From: a virus
Direction: 5' to 3' (one strand)
Length of the DNA: 64,000 nucleotides
Virus record (IMG/VR): IMGVR_UViG_3300035208_003507
Coordinates: 1,080-65,079 of that record
The translations under genes and the position numbers were made by a program. Position 1 is the stretch's first letter. Each line of letters opens with the position of its first letter. This document shows positions 25,959 through 37,800 of this stretch, in pieces. The notes under the pieces were generated by a model. That model searched no databases, was not told the DNA's origin, and saw only the letters and a list, made by a program, of their open reading frames with translations.

Positions 25959-28900
25959 ATGACTACTCAAGCCTACCAATTTGATCCTACAGATCTCCCA
26001 GGAGCTACCAGGATAGGTCCTGTTTGGCTTAGTGTCCCACCAATTAATATTCATTTCAACGAACATAAATTCGAAACTTCCCAAACAACTATGCGGCAGC
26101 AGGGGCCAACCATCATAAAGACAGGCCGTGGGATATGGTCTGTTGATATGGATTTGGTCTTTTCGGGCACAAGTGTCATTAACGACAAACTCGTGAAACT
26201 ATTAGCTACCCTACGCCGCACCCCTTTTATTACGATCCGTAACGAAACTATCCAAAAGATTGTCTTCTATAATGCCAACGATAATGGTTTCGCTAGTGAT
26301 ATACCTATAGCGGTTAATGGTTATGTATTACGTACAGAACCCGATCTCCCCGATACGTTAATAATGCGTCTATCAATGACAGTCTTTAACTTCCAGGCCT
26401 TAGTTGGACATTGGCAATATCTGCGCCAAATAATAGATGAGAATAATATCATCTCAACTGTTCCTGCTCTTTCAATTGAAGATAGCAATCTCTTTAGACA
26501 ATATTATGAATCGCTTATTAAAACTACGAATAACCCAGTATTTAATAACTTTATGTTTGATGGAGAGATAGAAAAAAGAGGCGAACTCACTATCGCAGAA
26601 GCGACACGCCAGGGCCTCAATAAGAAAACTCCAGATAATGATCTCTATTTTACTAGCCGTGCAAATTTAGATGCTAAAGTTCTCCGGAATGGGCAAGCTA
26701 TTAGGCAGATAGGTTCCGATTATACGCAAGGAGCCAATAGTATCACTATCGGTTATCATGTTATGGATCTTGTTAAAGCACTTGATTTAGGTCTGGGAGC
26801 TTATAAGAGTCGTCAATCGGGGAAATGGATAGGTACAAAAGAAGAGTTAAGAACAGATGTTATTCGCCATCTAACAACTCGGGGTATAGCTTTTGATGAA
26901 AAATCATCGACCACTGATCTTGTTAACCAGAATCTAGACAACTTACTGGATATAGCAGTAGCTAATAACGCAGATAAATACATAAAACGATATTCCTTAA
27001 TAAATAGTGAGAGTTGCGTTATAGACGGCTTAACCCTACGAAGATCATTCCCGATTTCAGTCATCCCAATCACTTCTTCCCCTGTGCCATCTTGCCAGTA
27101 TCTTGGTGGGGCCGATACATCATTCGTCGTCAATTTTGTCACCAATAACGAAGAACTAGTTAAATGTTTTATGGGTGTAGATAAGGCAATTGAAGAATCA
27201 GCCAGAAACGTGAGTAGGCATGGGGGCAGTGAATTAATCTATATAGAAAATGATCTTATCAACCTTAATGGAACCTTTGTCGTAGATACTGGTGAAGTGG
27301 ATATACAAAATATTCCCGATAACCCAGGTACCTATAATATATCATGGAAACTAAATGAACAAACAGAAATTCTCAGTGTTCTTAATTCTAAGATCATAGA
27401 ACGCAGGAATTTTAAACGTAAGTTTGTTGAAAGCATTCTTACCTTTTATAAAGGCTGGAAATACTCAGATTCTCATAAGTTAAATACATGGAAGTTTAAC
27501 TTCAGTGAAGCTGAACCCTCCTACACAAAAGTACTCCTAATCCCTTCAATGATCCGATTAGTCCGTAACGCCTTTATTAGATGGCTACGGGAACGTGGTC
27601 GTTTTGACTCCTCTACATTAGGGGCGTCTGTTACTCACAATAATCCATTTGCTATTGCTACAGAATGGTTTTTAGACCCCTTGGGGATATTCAGAAATCG
27701 GATTAGATCAACAGCCGGAGTAATAGCTCATCTAGAGGGCTATGAACCGATATCATTAGAAACACTATTTAGAACAGAAAGCCCTGTTCAGGAACAAACA
27801 GGTACAGCTATAACAACTGATGGAAGCAAACTTCCTATATACCAAACTGAAACACAACGAAAACAAACAAAACATAGAGCTTACTCTTACAATTATATTT
27901 GGCAAACTATTACTGGCAATCCAGCCCGACCTAATACTGCCCCTTGGAATATGATGAGGGCTTTCCTTCTTGAAAAATCTAAAGAATATCCAGGTTACAC
28001 AACTCCATTAAGCGATAATGAAGAAGACTTAAACCGCCAAATATTGCAGGGAGCCGCGGTTGTTATTGTTAATAGCGATTGTCGCCGTCTCGAGCATCTT
28101 CTACGGAGCCCCAAACTTCTAGAATATGAAGTTAGGCTAATGTATAACACTAATCTCACTATGCCTCAAAAAGTAGCAGCTCTTAATGCTAGGCTTGCGA
28201 ATGCTAAAACATTTGCCGAACAAACAGAGATAATGAATAATGTGCCTCAAGAATTAGAAGATTTCGTTAATATGGATCTATTCACCTTTAAAGATGTAGA
28301 AGAATACAATAAAACACACGGTCTTTCTAATGGGACTAACTCAGAACTCCAACAAGGACTACAGAAGTTTTTAGGTCCCTCTAGCATGTCGTGCTACCTA
28401 GATCTCGGTATCCCTTTTACTTATTTTATAGAAAAAAATGATGGGCAGCCCCTTTATAATGATAAAGGGAAGCGAGTTCAAGATATAAAATTCAGCCCTT
28501 CCTTTTATCTCAAAGAAAGTGCCCCGTTACTTCCAGAGGAAAAGAGAGAAGTTTCATTAGTGGAAATTGATGACCATTTAGCCTTAGCCAATAATAGCTT
28601 GCTTTCTCTGGCCGAGAGTCGCTCTCTTCCATCTATTGAGCGCGTTAATACATATGCCACCAACGATATAATGAATCTCAATGGTTATGAGGGTTTAGGA
28701 GAAACTAATTCCACTACGAATAAGGCTGATGCTATAACCTCTGATAGTTTAGAACAAGAAATTAAATCAATACAAAAAAATGCCAATAAAAGTTTAGGTA
28801 AGCTCCAGGAGCAGGGGCTCTTAAGTGAGCAGACTTCCACTAAAATTAAAACATTTAAAACAGTAGATGAACTATTTCTTTCTAATAGCTTGGTTTCATC

Positions 28901-31900
28901 ATTGGGTAGTTTCGGCAACGAGACATCCCCTCTCATCATCGAGGAAGCTCAATATGAACACAGATTATGGAAGTCTAGTTTTAAAGATTTTAATCCCGAT
29001 ATTGATAAGACTATAGCCTATATTATTAAGCAAGCTAGGGATTCTATCACCAAGGATAAACAATACTATTCTATAAATAAAGCCTTCCCAACATATAAAC
29101 TATACTTCCGAGAAGAAAATTCTCCTGAGTGGTTTCTATTTGATAACTTCTTCGATTACCGTGCCATCTACGAAATCAGGTATTATAAAGATAAAGCTAC
29201 TCCAGCTTCTATAGTTAATATCAAGCTCAATAACCATAAAGGAATTCTTACCGATCTTGAAGCATTACTTGCTAAAGAATCGTTCGCTACAGAGGTAAGA
29301 AATAGCAACGAGCGCTTAATCAATCCATATACAAATAAACCTATAAAACGATTATTCGTACAGTCAGGTACCCAAATTCAACTTCGTGTAGGGTATCAAG
29401 CAAATCCCGACGACCTCAAAGTAATCTTCAATGGATTCATAACTGACGTTTCCCCAGGTGAAGAATTTGAGATAGTAGCCCAAGGTTATGGAGCAGAACT
29501 ATTCTCAGAAGCAGGTGTAGGATCCTTTCTTGGATGGATCTGCCCTCCTAAGGCTTTTATATGGTGGATGCTTTTAGATTCAAAAGTTAAGCACTTAGGA
29601 AGACTAGTTCAGAATTCTGTGCTCCCAAATAGTGCTTGTGATATCCTAGATGGGCCTGCCTTTGATGATAATATATATTTAAATGAAAATATGGAACCTG
29701 GTAAATGGCGTCTCCTTCAATCCTATAATGCCGACAACATGACTAAATGGGATGTCCTCCAAGATATAGCCGCAGCCCATCCAGGTTGTATCTGTGATGT
29801 TGTTCCATATGACGATAGAGAAACGGTCTTCTTCGGCCGGCCAGATTACAACTATAAATACACCCAAGATCTTGGTGCTACTGAACAGTACGTTGACATA
29901 CCTGAAAATATCATTCCGAAACTTGCCACACTCCCAGTTAAACAGGAAGACTCAGAAGCTGTCATCAATGCAATTAAATCAAGAAGTATGACACCTGCCA
30001 TAAACTATATGCAGTGGTTACGGAAGAAAGATATTCTCGAAACTGCTATAGAAAAATGGCGGCAGAATCATATTACAGGAATCATGGGCAAGGATATTAA
30101 GGCCGCTCTGGAATATTGTAAAATAGTTGACCTCTTAACTTGGCTGGCAGCAGACCCAGCTGTAGGCAATATCCAATATGATTTGATTGGTAAACTCGAA
30201 TTAACACCAGAACAAAAAAATGCACCAACTAAAGCAGCCACCCAAGCATCAATGCCCATACCTCAACAAGGCGATAATACCACATCCCTACCATCAGAAC
30301 CATCTCTCGATGTTGCTGGATCTGTTAGAGTCACTACTACAAATTTACAAAATAGCCGAGTTTACCAACCCATATCATTGGAATTCTTAGCCGAATTAAG
30401 TCCTTCTATAAGAAGCTCTATTCTCCATTCATCAATCGGACGAACTATTGCTTTAGAAGAATTCTTTAGAGACCAAAATGTACACTTTGTAACTGAGGCA
30501 TTACGCCCCGATATTAGCTTTATTATAGATCCTACTTCTGCGTCTCTGGGGGATAATTCAGTAAACACTGCCTCTCAGAAGCTTGAACGGATCCAGCAAA
30601 CTCTCAACGAATATGATTTGCTTGGAGATACTGAAGTTATAAAAGATAAGCTAAAAGCAACAGACCAAGGTTTCGTTCTACCTATGCTCGAAGTTTACAA
30701 AACCTACGGTATTGAGTCTCCTATAGCTATTGTGGCATGGGCCTGGATATATCAAATTTTGCGGCAGTTTGGGCTAACAGAAACTGGCAAAGAATTTAAA
30801 CTTTTCTCTGGTTCTCCAATTGAAACTACAATTACATCTAGTGAAAAGATCTCTATTAGTTCCATCAAAAATATAAAACTTCAATATACTGGACCTATAA
30901 ACCGTACCGATTTAAAAGCACATATCACTTTGAGGAACCTGATATTAACCAATCTGATTGATATAAGCCCAGAATTTCAAAAGATACTGGCGGAATGGGC
31001 TCGGTCACCATTAGAAAAACGGTTTAGAGATTACCATTTAGTAACTAGTTATGAGCATATTGTTAATAATGATATCCGTTTGAATCTAATGGGTATGTGG
31101 AATAGTGTAAAGGTTAAATATAAACGCCATGATTTTATGGATATCTCCCTCCCATTCCAGCCATCTACTCTATGGGGTGAAGCGACAAACGAGTTCCAAA
31201 TTCAGGCAGGAGATACACTAGACCAAAGGGTTACGAGAGAAAAGGTTTTTCCCATAGAGAATGCTAAAACAGTATGGCAGGCTCGTAATTATGCTACGTC
31301 TCTCCTTGCTGATGGAGTGCGCGAGATGTATCAGGGAACTCTCACTATTAGAGGCAACCCTAATATTAAAACCAATGATATTATTTACGTATATGATGAC
31401 TACGTAAAAATGTATGGACCGATTGAAGTAAAGTCAGTAACTCATATTATGTCAGCTGATACTGGATTCATTACTATTATTGAACCCCATGCTTATGTTG
31501 AAACAATGGGTACTGATGTAGGACCGGCATCAGTCATTGCCGAGATATTCGATATACTACTTGTAATCACAATGGTCATCCCTCCATTATGGGAAGCTGG
31601 AACTGCTGTTAAAGCTGGTGTTATCGCCCAACGTGGGGGTATGACACTCGCAAAACAAGCACTTAAAGATAGTGCTGTTAAAACAGTTGCTAGTGGAAAA
31701 TCAATGGCTAATTGGGTAGCACAACGAGTTGGGTCTACCAGCCAAATATATGCTCAAAAACGAGCCGCAGTTGCTACACGCTCTGTATCTGAAATACTTA
31801 CTAAACATAATATGAGTGGAAAATCAATTGATGATGTTATATCCATAGTTAATCAAGGACGCAATGCTAAAAATGCAAAAGCTATTACGCAAATACATGA

Positions 31901-32381
31901 AGCATCGGCTTCCGAATTAAATATTGCCCTAAGAAAAACAGCTGGCGTAGCCGAAGGCTCAGATGCTGCTCTAGCTATCGAGCGTAGTCTCGCAACTTGG
32001 GAACTTAATATGGCCAAAGCTGGTTTGCAAACAACCAAGGATTTAGCTGAAACTCTTATGGCCTCGACACTAGGCGTTGCTTATGGGCAACTAACTGGGG
32101 TATCTCTTATAAACTTTCTAAAAGTATCCTCGGTAATTGGGCCTATCGCTTATTACCAACTGTTCGCAGGAATGGATGATAAGAACTATGCCTGCCCTCT
32201 ACGTATCGTCCCACTTAGTTATCGTGGGAGTCCATATTATGCGGGCCTAGAGGGCTTAACGCATCAAAGTGGAATCTGGGAACATATCAAGGGTGAGTGG
32301 CGTAAATTTGTTGGCTCTGTCAGAACGATAGGTGAAACCCTTTATGAACTTGAATCCAACTATATGGGAAGCATGCAATGA
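25959..32381 (+). CDS. Large baseplate hub-like protein (gp27/VgrG-like core with insertions)
   Basis: QIQLRVGY...IFNGFITDV...EIVAQG and GTLTIRGNPNIK..DIIYVYD...EVKSVTH hub signatures; position before gp25. Confidence 0.65.
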   Translation: MTTQAYQFDPTDLPGATRIGPVWLSVPPINIHFNEHKFETSQTTMRQQGPTIIKTGRGIWSVDMDLVFSGTSVINDKLVKLLATLRRTPFITIRNETIQKIVFYNANDNGFASDIPIAVNGYVLRTEPDLPDTLIMRLSMTVFNFQALVGHWQYLRQIIDENNIISTVPALSIEDSNLFRQYYESLIKTTNNPVFNNFMFDGEIEKRGELTIAEATRQGLNKKTPDNDLYFTSRANLDAKVLRNGQAIRQIGSDYTQGANSITIGYHVMDLVKALDLGLGAYKSRQSGKWIGTKEELRTDVIRHLTTRGIAFDEKSSTTDLVNQNLDNLLDIAVANNADKYIKRYSLINSESCVIDGLTLRRSFPISVIPITSSPVPSCQYLGGADTSFVVNFVTNNEELVKCFMGVDKAIEESARNVSRHGGSELIYIENDLINLNGTFVVDTGEVDIQNIPDNPGTYNISWKLNEQTEILSVLNSKIIERRNFKRKFVESILTFYKGWKYSDSHKLNTWKFNFSEAEPSYTKVLLIPSMIRLVRNAFIRWLRERGRFDSSTLGASVTHNNPFAIATEWFLDPLGIFRNRIRSTAGVIAHLEGYEPISLETLFRTESPVQEQTGTAITTDGSKLPIYQTETQRKQTKHRAYSYNYIWQTITGNPARPNTAPWNMMRAFLLEKSKEYPGYTTPLSDNEEDLNRQILQGAAVVIVNSDCRRLEHLLRSPKLLEYEVRLMYNTNLTMPQKVAALNARLANAKTFAEQTEIMNNVPQELEDFVNMDLFTFKDVEEYNKTHGLSNGTNSELQQGLQKFLGPSSMSCYLDLGIPFTYFIEKNDGQPLYNDKGKRVQDIKFSPSFYLKESAPLLPEEKREVSLVEIDDHLALANNSLLSLAESRSLPSIERVNTYATNDIMNLNGYEGLGETNSTTNKADAITSDSLEQEIKSIQKNANKSLGKLQEQGLLSEQTSTKIKTFKTVDELFLSNSLVSSLGSFGNETSPLIIEEAQYEHRLWKSSFKDFNPDIDKTIAYIIKQARDSITKDKQYYSINKAFPTYKLYFREENSPEWFLFDNFFDYRAIYEIRYYKDKATPASIVNIKLNNHKGILTDLEALLAKESFATEVRNSNERLINPYTNKPIKRLFVQSGTQIQLRVGYQANPDDLKVIFNGFITDVSPGEEFEIVAQGYGAELFSEAGVGSFLGWICPPKAFIWWMLLDSKVKHLGRLVQNSVLPNSACDILDGPAFDDNIYLNENMEPGKWRLLQSYNADNMTKWDVLQDIAAAHPGCICDVVPYDDRETVFFGRPDYNYKYTQDLGATEQYVDIPENIIPKLATLPVKQEDSEAVINAIKSRSMTPAINYMQWLRKKDILETAIEKWRQNHITGIMGKDIKAALEYCKIVDLLTWLAADPAVGNIQYDLIGKLELTPEQKNAPTKAATQASMPIPQQGDNTTSLPSEPSLDVAGSVRVTTTNLQNSRVYQPISLEFLAELSPSIRSSILHSSIGRTIALEEFFRDQNVHFVTEALRPDISFIIDPTSASLGDNSVNTASQKLERIQQTLNEYDLLGDTEVIKDKLKATDQGFVLPMLEVYKTYGIESPIAIVAWAWIYQILRQFGLTETGKEFKLFSGSPIETTITSSEKISISSIKNIKLQYTGPINRTDLKAHITLRNLILTNLIDISPEFQKILAEWARSPLEKRFRDYHLVTSYEHIVNNDIRLNLMGMWNSVKVKYKRHDFMDISLPFQPSTLWGEATNEFQIQAGDTLDQRVTREKVFPIENAKTVWQARNYATSLLADGVREMYQGTLTIRGNPNIKTNDIIYVYDDYVKMYGPIEVKSVTHIMSADTGFITIIEPHAYVETMGTDVGPASVIAEIFDILLVITMVIPPLWEAGTAVKAGVIAQRGGMTLAKQALKDSAVKTVASGKSMANWVAQRVGSTSQIYAQKRAAVATRSVSEILTKHNMSGKSIDDVISIVNQGRNAKNAKAITQIHEASASELNIALRKTAGVAEGSDAALAIERSLATWELNMAKAGLQTTKDLAETLMASTLGVAYGQLTGVSLINFLKVSSVIGPIAYYQLFAGMDDKNYACPLRIVPLSYRGSPYYAGLEGLTHQSGIWEHIKGEWRKFVGSVRTIGETLYELESNYMGSMQ

Positions 32382-33187
32382 TAAACCAAACTGTAGCTCA
32401 AGTATCTAAAGATTTATCTAGATTAGAAAGTCAACGAAATTTCCAATCAGTAGTTGTCCATATAGAATCTATTAGCCCAGATCTAGCTAAAGCTAGATGC
32501 GTATTACCTAAGGGACATACTCGTGGATCTGAAACAATAGAAGCTAAAATTATTAATACCCCAGGTATGCGAGCCACGCTTAACCCCTCCAACTATATTG
32601 GTATCTTACATGGCGATCCTAAAAGCCCAGCAGGTGTCCAACTAGTAAAAAAGGTTACAGCCCAATTAGACATACGACATGGGACTACCACATCGTTATT
32701 TGGTCAACCTGGAACTAAAAAAAATAAGGGTTCTGAGGTTGATGTTCTCTCTAGTGTTCCTCTTAGAAAAAGGATAAATAAACGTAATCATCCTAGTGGC
32801 AATATGGTTATTCTTAAACCAGAAAAAGACTTACCACCGAACTATATCGGCCAGAATAAAATAACACAAGAAGACCTCAATAGTCTGATAGATGATAGCT
32901 CGGCCTATGTGTCCGCGTCAGAAGACGAGGTTAGATTAGTCGCCAATACAGGAAACAATATTATTATTAACTCACAAAGTGGCATAACAATGGGCGGGAA
33001 GATTAATTTGGGAGCCTCTGTTCAGGACGTGAGAATAGGGGGAGCATGGCGATTTAACCCGATGATGCAATTTCAGATACCCTCTACTGCCGTGACACCA
33101 ATTCCCACATTAATATGGGCTCCTCCAGGGCAGGGTTTATTGCAAGGAATGAAAAAATACCTTAGTCAAATTAAGGCAATAGTCTAA
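32378..33187 (+). CDS. Baseplate spike/central protein (putative)
   Basis: Position between hub and gp25-like gene; beta-rich C-terminus. Confidence 0.4.
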   Translation: MINQTVAQVSKDLSRLESQRNFQSVVVHIESISPDLAKARCVLPKGHTRGSETIEAKIINTPGMRATLNPSNYIGILHGDPKSPAGVQLVKKVTAQLDIRHGTTTSLFGQPGTKKNKGSEVDVLSSVPLRKRINKRNHPSGNMVILKPEKDLPPNYIGQNKITQEDLNSLIDDSSAYVSASEDEVRLVANTGNNIIINSQSGITMGGKINLGASVQDVRIGGAWRFNPMMQFQIPSTAVTPIPTLIWAPPGQGLLQGMKKYLSQIKAIV

Positions 33188-33194
33188 TAAAAGT

Positions 33195-33210
33195 GTTAGA
33201 ATATAAAGGG
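33195..33210 (+). promoter_or_regulatory. Putative late promoter motif GTTAGAATATAAAGGG
   Basis: Fills a short intergenic gap and is preceded by an A-tract. Confidence 0.5.
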
Positions 33211-33217
33211 AAACATC

Positions 33218-33631
33218 ATGGCTCGGGCCTACCTACAACAAGACCTTCTATTAACAACTGATGGTGATTTGGTCATATCTAACACTGGCGATTTGGCCAT
33301 TGCTAGTATCGATCAAACAACCAAACAGAATGTACTTCTTAATGTATTCACGGCCCTTGGTGACTTTGGAGCTTATTCAGATATGGGATCCAGACTGGAA
33401 AGTTTTGTGGGTGAACCCAATACTAGACAGAATGCTGGTCTTATGGAGAGCGAGATATTAAGAGCTATTACTTCTCCAGGTTTATATTCCCCTGCAGATA
33501 TTACCATTAAAACTGTTCCCATTTCTAAAGACTCACTATTATTCTTTCTCACACTACTAAATGATGCCTCTATCCTAAACCAAACCATTACGTTCCATTT
33601 TGATTACACATCAGGGATTGACGAAGTTTAG
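33218..33631 (+). CDS. Baseplate wedge protein, gp25-like
   Basis: DLLLTTDGDL...GDLA, T..GD....DMGSRL..FVGEPN pattern and typical size. Confidence 0.75.
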   Translation: MARAYLQQDLLLTTDGDLVISNTGDLAIASIDQTTKQNVLLNVFTALGDFGAYSDMGSRLESFVGEPNTRQNAGLMESEILRAITSPGLYSPADITIKTVPISKDSLLFFLTLLNDASILNQTITFHFDYTSGIDEV

Positions 33632-33651
33632 TCCCTCTCAAGGTTATTAAA

Positions 33652-34893
33652 GTGTCCATAACTATAAAAGACCCATATCAAATTGAAGAGGAAGCTCTAG
33701 CCATACTTCGTGATAATACAAAAATCACTCAAGTTTCTAACGGTACTATTGCTCGAGCCATTCTAAAAGCTGTTAATCAGGAACTTAATGAATACTACCA
33801 AGTTCTAACTATCAATTTAGCAAATGCTTATTTGGGTACCGCTTCTGGAGCGGCCTTAGATAGATTCGGCTTCATGCTGAATACACCACGAGGTGGAACC
33901 GCTCTAGGAAATAGATCTGCAGCTCAAAAGTTTTATGTCTCCTCTGGAGATTTTGGTTCATTACCCGGCATAGAAGTATTGGGTGGTATTATCCCTGCTG
34001 GTACGATTATCCAAACTCCTGACGGCTCTATCCAATACCGGGTGACAGCTAACATTGCTTTTAATCCTACAGATACCCAAGTCACTGGATCAATAGAAGC
34101 TTTGAATAGTGGATCATCCTATAACGTGGGCGTGAACATCCTAACTAGTCACAACCTAGCAATCACTGGTATTCTTACTACCAATATTGAATCCATCGAA
34201 AATGGGACCGATACTCAAAATGATGAAGAGTATCGATACGTCTTATCGAAAACCGTAACCGCGGCCGAAGCTGCTAATGAAACATCTATTCTTCTTGCCG
34301 CTCTTTCTACAGAAGGTGTTTCCGATATCCGTATTGTTAGGTATTTCCATGGCGTAGGTACCTTTATGGTATTGGTTATTGGCACAACACCAGTTGTGTC
34401 CGAAACTACCTTAGCTAATGTCAGAACAAACGTTAACAAAGTAACAGCTGCTGGTGAGTTTGGGACAATTAGAGGGCCCAGATATATAGGTCTCGAGGTA
34501 ATCGCGCATCTTCACTTTCGTAGTTCAACTATTGAAACCGATAAAGACATTATCGTTAATGACGTTGAGAATACGATTTATGATTACATCAATAATATCC
34601 CAGTAGGCCAAGGTTTTATTAGGAATGAATTAATACAACGAATTATGGATATTTCGAACCAGATACTAGACGTTGAGGATTCACCAGAATCAGAAGAGAG
34701 ACTAGCTGTTTATATCTGGACACCAACCACAATAGATATAAGCGATGCTGGCATAATTGCAACCAATAGGATAAGAGATCCTCTTGTGAGAAATTATGAA
34801 GCATATCAAGATGACAAACTGATTGTAGAACAGAATCTGCAGGGCTATGTTCACGAAACAAGTTTTACACCTGTTACAATAACCTACGAATAA
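33652..34893 (+). CDS. Baseplate J-like protein
   Basis: TASGAALDRFG...R; IPAGTII; GSSYNVG; GTDTQNDEEYRY; GVSDIRI. Confidence 0.85.
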   Translation: MSITIKDPYQIEEEALAILRDNTKITQVSNGTIARAILKAVNQELNEYYQVLTINLANAYLGTASGAALDRFGFMLNTPRGGTALGNRSAAQKFYVSSGDFGSLPGIEVLGGIIPAGTIIQTPDGSIQYRVTANIAFNPTDTQVTGSIEALNSGSSYNVGVNILTSHNLAITGILTTNIESIENGTDTQNDEEYRYVLSKTVTAAEAANETSILLAALSTEGVSDIRIVRYFHGVGTFMVLVIGTTPVVSETTLANVRTNVNKVTAAGEFGTIRGPRYIGLEVIAHLHFRSSTIETDKDIIVNDVENTIYDYINNIPVGQGFIRNELIQRIMDISNQILDVEDSPESEERLAVYIWTPTTIDISDAGIIATNRIRDPLVRNYEAYQDDKLIVEQNLQGYVHETSFTPVTITYE

Positions 34894-34897
34894 ATAA

Positions 34898-37800
34898 ATG
34901 ACCCCCATTATTGAAACCCCTATACTAGGCACAGGGATATCTGCTGGCGCAGCAGCCTCTGGTATATATCCCCATTATTCCTTTCTCACCCAAGGAATAG
35001 CCAATGAATTCCCATCATGGACTAAAATACGTAAATCAGCCGATTCATCTGGCCAGCAATTCCTTAACGTCTTCGGTATGCAACTGGATAACATTCATCG
35101 AGCTAATGCACTAATAGAAAACAATCTATATCTAGAAAGTGCTGATATCAATGTGGCCGATGTAATTTACAAAGCCGAACTACCCAGACATATTGAGCTA
35201 GATGAAAACAATCCCCCCTTAGTTTCAGGTGATAGCCTCCGTATCGAATTGTTAGATGATCTTAATATATTCTTCTATCTTATGCCTCCTACAAGACTCG
35301 AGGCTATAGAGACAGAAACTTCCCTTCCCTCTGGAACCTCTTTTTCTGATTCTCTTGCCTACGATATTCCTTATATAAATTCATATAAAGAAGAAGAATC
35401 TCTTTACTTCCAATGTGATGCTGACAGTTCAGGTAATGCTCAGCTCTCAAAATATTTTCTAATTGACGAGGGAACAGAAATACCATTAGAGGTAGCAACC
35501 AATAAAGAAATTTTGGGTCAATATCATTTGGTAGATTCAGATGGGAGTGCCATCACTGGCACCTATCATGGAGCCTGTCTGGGCGAAGACACACTAGTTG
35601 CTGCTTTCGGTTCTGGTATCTACGTATTCGATACGAGAATCCCTCTCCTAGCCAATACCGATCTACTATGGGCTGGCAACAAGGAGAGTGATACTGTAGT
35701 AGCCTTAAAAAGATTTTACCCGAACCAAAGTCTCACTAGTATAGTTTCTTTATCTACGGATGAAGATAGACAGTTCTTCTGGACCTACGATGGTACAACA
35801 TATACAAAATATAGATTTTCCTATGACTACGGAATATTTGATTATGACAGAAGGACTTTATATTGCCGTGAAGAATATGCATCACTCCTAGTAGACGGAA
35901 CAAGCTATATACAAACTGCTTTTAATGTACCCAATCATTTTGACCAATTCGGTTTTCTTCTTGACACCCCCCGACTACTAGAAGAATCCAATCAAGAATA
36001 TAAAATAAGACTCCAGCAGGTATTCCAATTCCGGGCTAACTCTACAATTCAAGGTGTTGTCAATGGAACTAGCCGGGAATTAGATCTAACTCCGCATGGC
36101 TATTTTCCTGTTGATGAATACCCAGAAAACTTATTCTTAAATGGTGTCTTTATAACTGGTTATCCCATCTATGTAAATGGGGCCTATCCTTCCGACGTTA
36201 CAGATCTTGCCAAAATAAATGTTCTTTATGAGCCGGCTTTCTATAGTGGGCATGTTAATGTTGTTGATAATACTCCCGATACTGAATTCGTAGACTATAC
36301 AAAAGAGATACTAGAAACCGCTCCCATTCTTTGGGGATCTGGTGAGACTGATAAAATTGGTTTCATCTGGGATATTTCAGCATTTGATGGGGGCCTTAAT
36401 AGTACTGATAAGGTCCCTGACTTCATGGGGAATATGGCTTCGGGTATCTCCTCAGAATATTACCAATCTGGTGTTCGGGATCCTGATAGCGATGATCTTA
36501 GGGTGCGAATGGTTCTAGAGTCGGGCGAAGTCTGGAAAGCACAAGTCCACACTGGCGACTTCTTTGTTCATGATAAAATGTACTATAATTTTTCAGAACT
36601 AGTAGAAGCTGCCATACCTCCTGAATCTCTTACATTCACCTTTCCGTCTGACGTTCGCGCAGAAGGGACACCCATCTTCGTAATAGATATATCAGGACAT
36701 ACTGCTCCATCTGGATACCAATATACAAGAGTTGATACTCTGGGCTCTACGTCTCACGAGTTCTCAGTTTCTGGTTCATTATTAACAATCGGAGAAGCCC
36801 ATAATGGGTTAAGTGTGTACTATGATGCGTCCCCCTCTGGATGGAATACTCTCCCATGGGATTTCAACCCTCTCCATGGTATAGGTTATGACGGCTTTAT
36901 TTGGGTAGGAGATCAAGCTCAAAGATTTGATCCTGATGCTTCCTTTACGCTAACAGCTAATCCAGAAGAGCTAGGTTATGCCGCTGGGGGCAGCATTATC
37001 ATCGGCGGGTTACATGACCTAGATGATGAACCAATCATTGGAGCCCTTACTCATTTTAGGCTATCCAACTCAGCAGGTATTCTCAGCCATAATGAAGCTT
37101 ATACACAATTTGATGGAAAGGCAATCTCATTCCTAACTATCCCCGGTTCTATAGAAAACGTACAAGCGAGTGGTATAGTTGTAGATCGAAACTATGATTG
37201 GGTCCTGTCAGTAGATCAACCCTTTAATCTTGTTTCAAGTTTCGTTGATCGTCATCCCATTAGTATTGTATTGGGTAATCTCGTAGCCTTTAGTATGAAT
37301 AATACTATGTGGGTTATCCAAGCTAATGGTGGTTGGGGGGGTTCGTCAGTACCCACTATTGCTTATTCTTCTGCTAATGGAAGCGATTGGACACCTATTA
37401 ATTTACTAGCTTCGTATCCTACATTGTATACTATAGCTAGTTCATCCACTCTTTGTAATTTTGTTCATTTAGGGGATTATCTTTTAACGGTAATAAATGG
37501 CAATCAAATATGGCGTTCCTCAGATGGGACGACATGGACGCAGATATCGACTGCTCCATGGACCACTAATAGAACTAGAGGGAAACTTGTAGTCCATCAG
37601 GACAAAATTTTCTTTATGGGAGGCATGACGGGATCCTCCTTCCCACAAACTATATATGCTTCTAATGATGGGGTCGCATGGGAAACCGTCACTTCTAGTG
37701 CAGCATGGCCTGGTCGTTCAAAACCGTATCTAGTTTCTTATGACAATAAACTCTGGCTATGGGGTGGAAGAACAACGAGTTGGGCACTTCTAAATGATGG

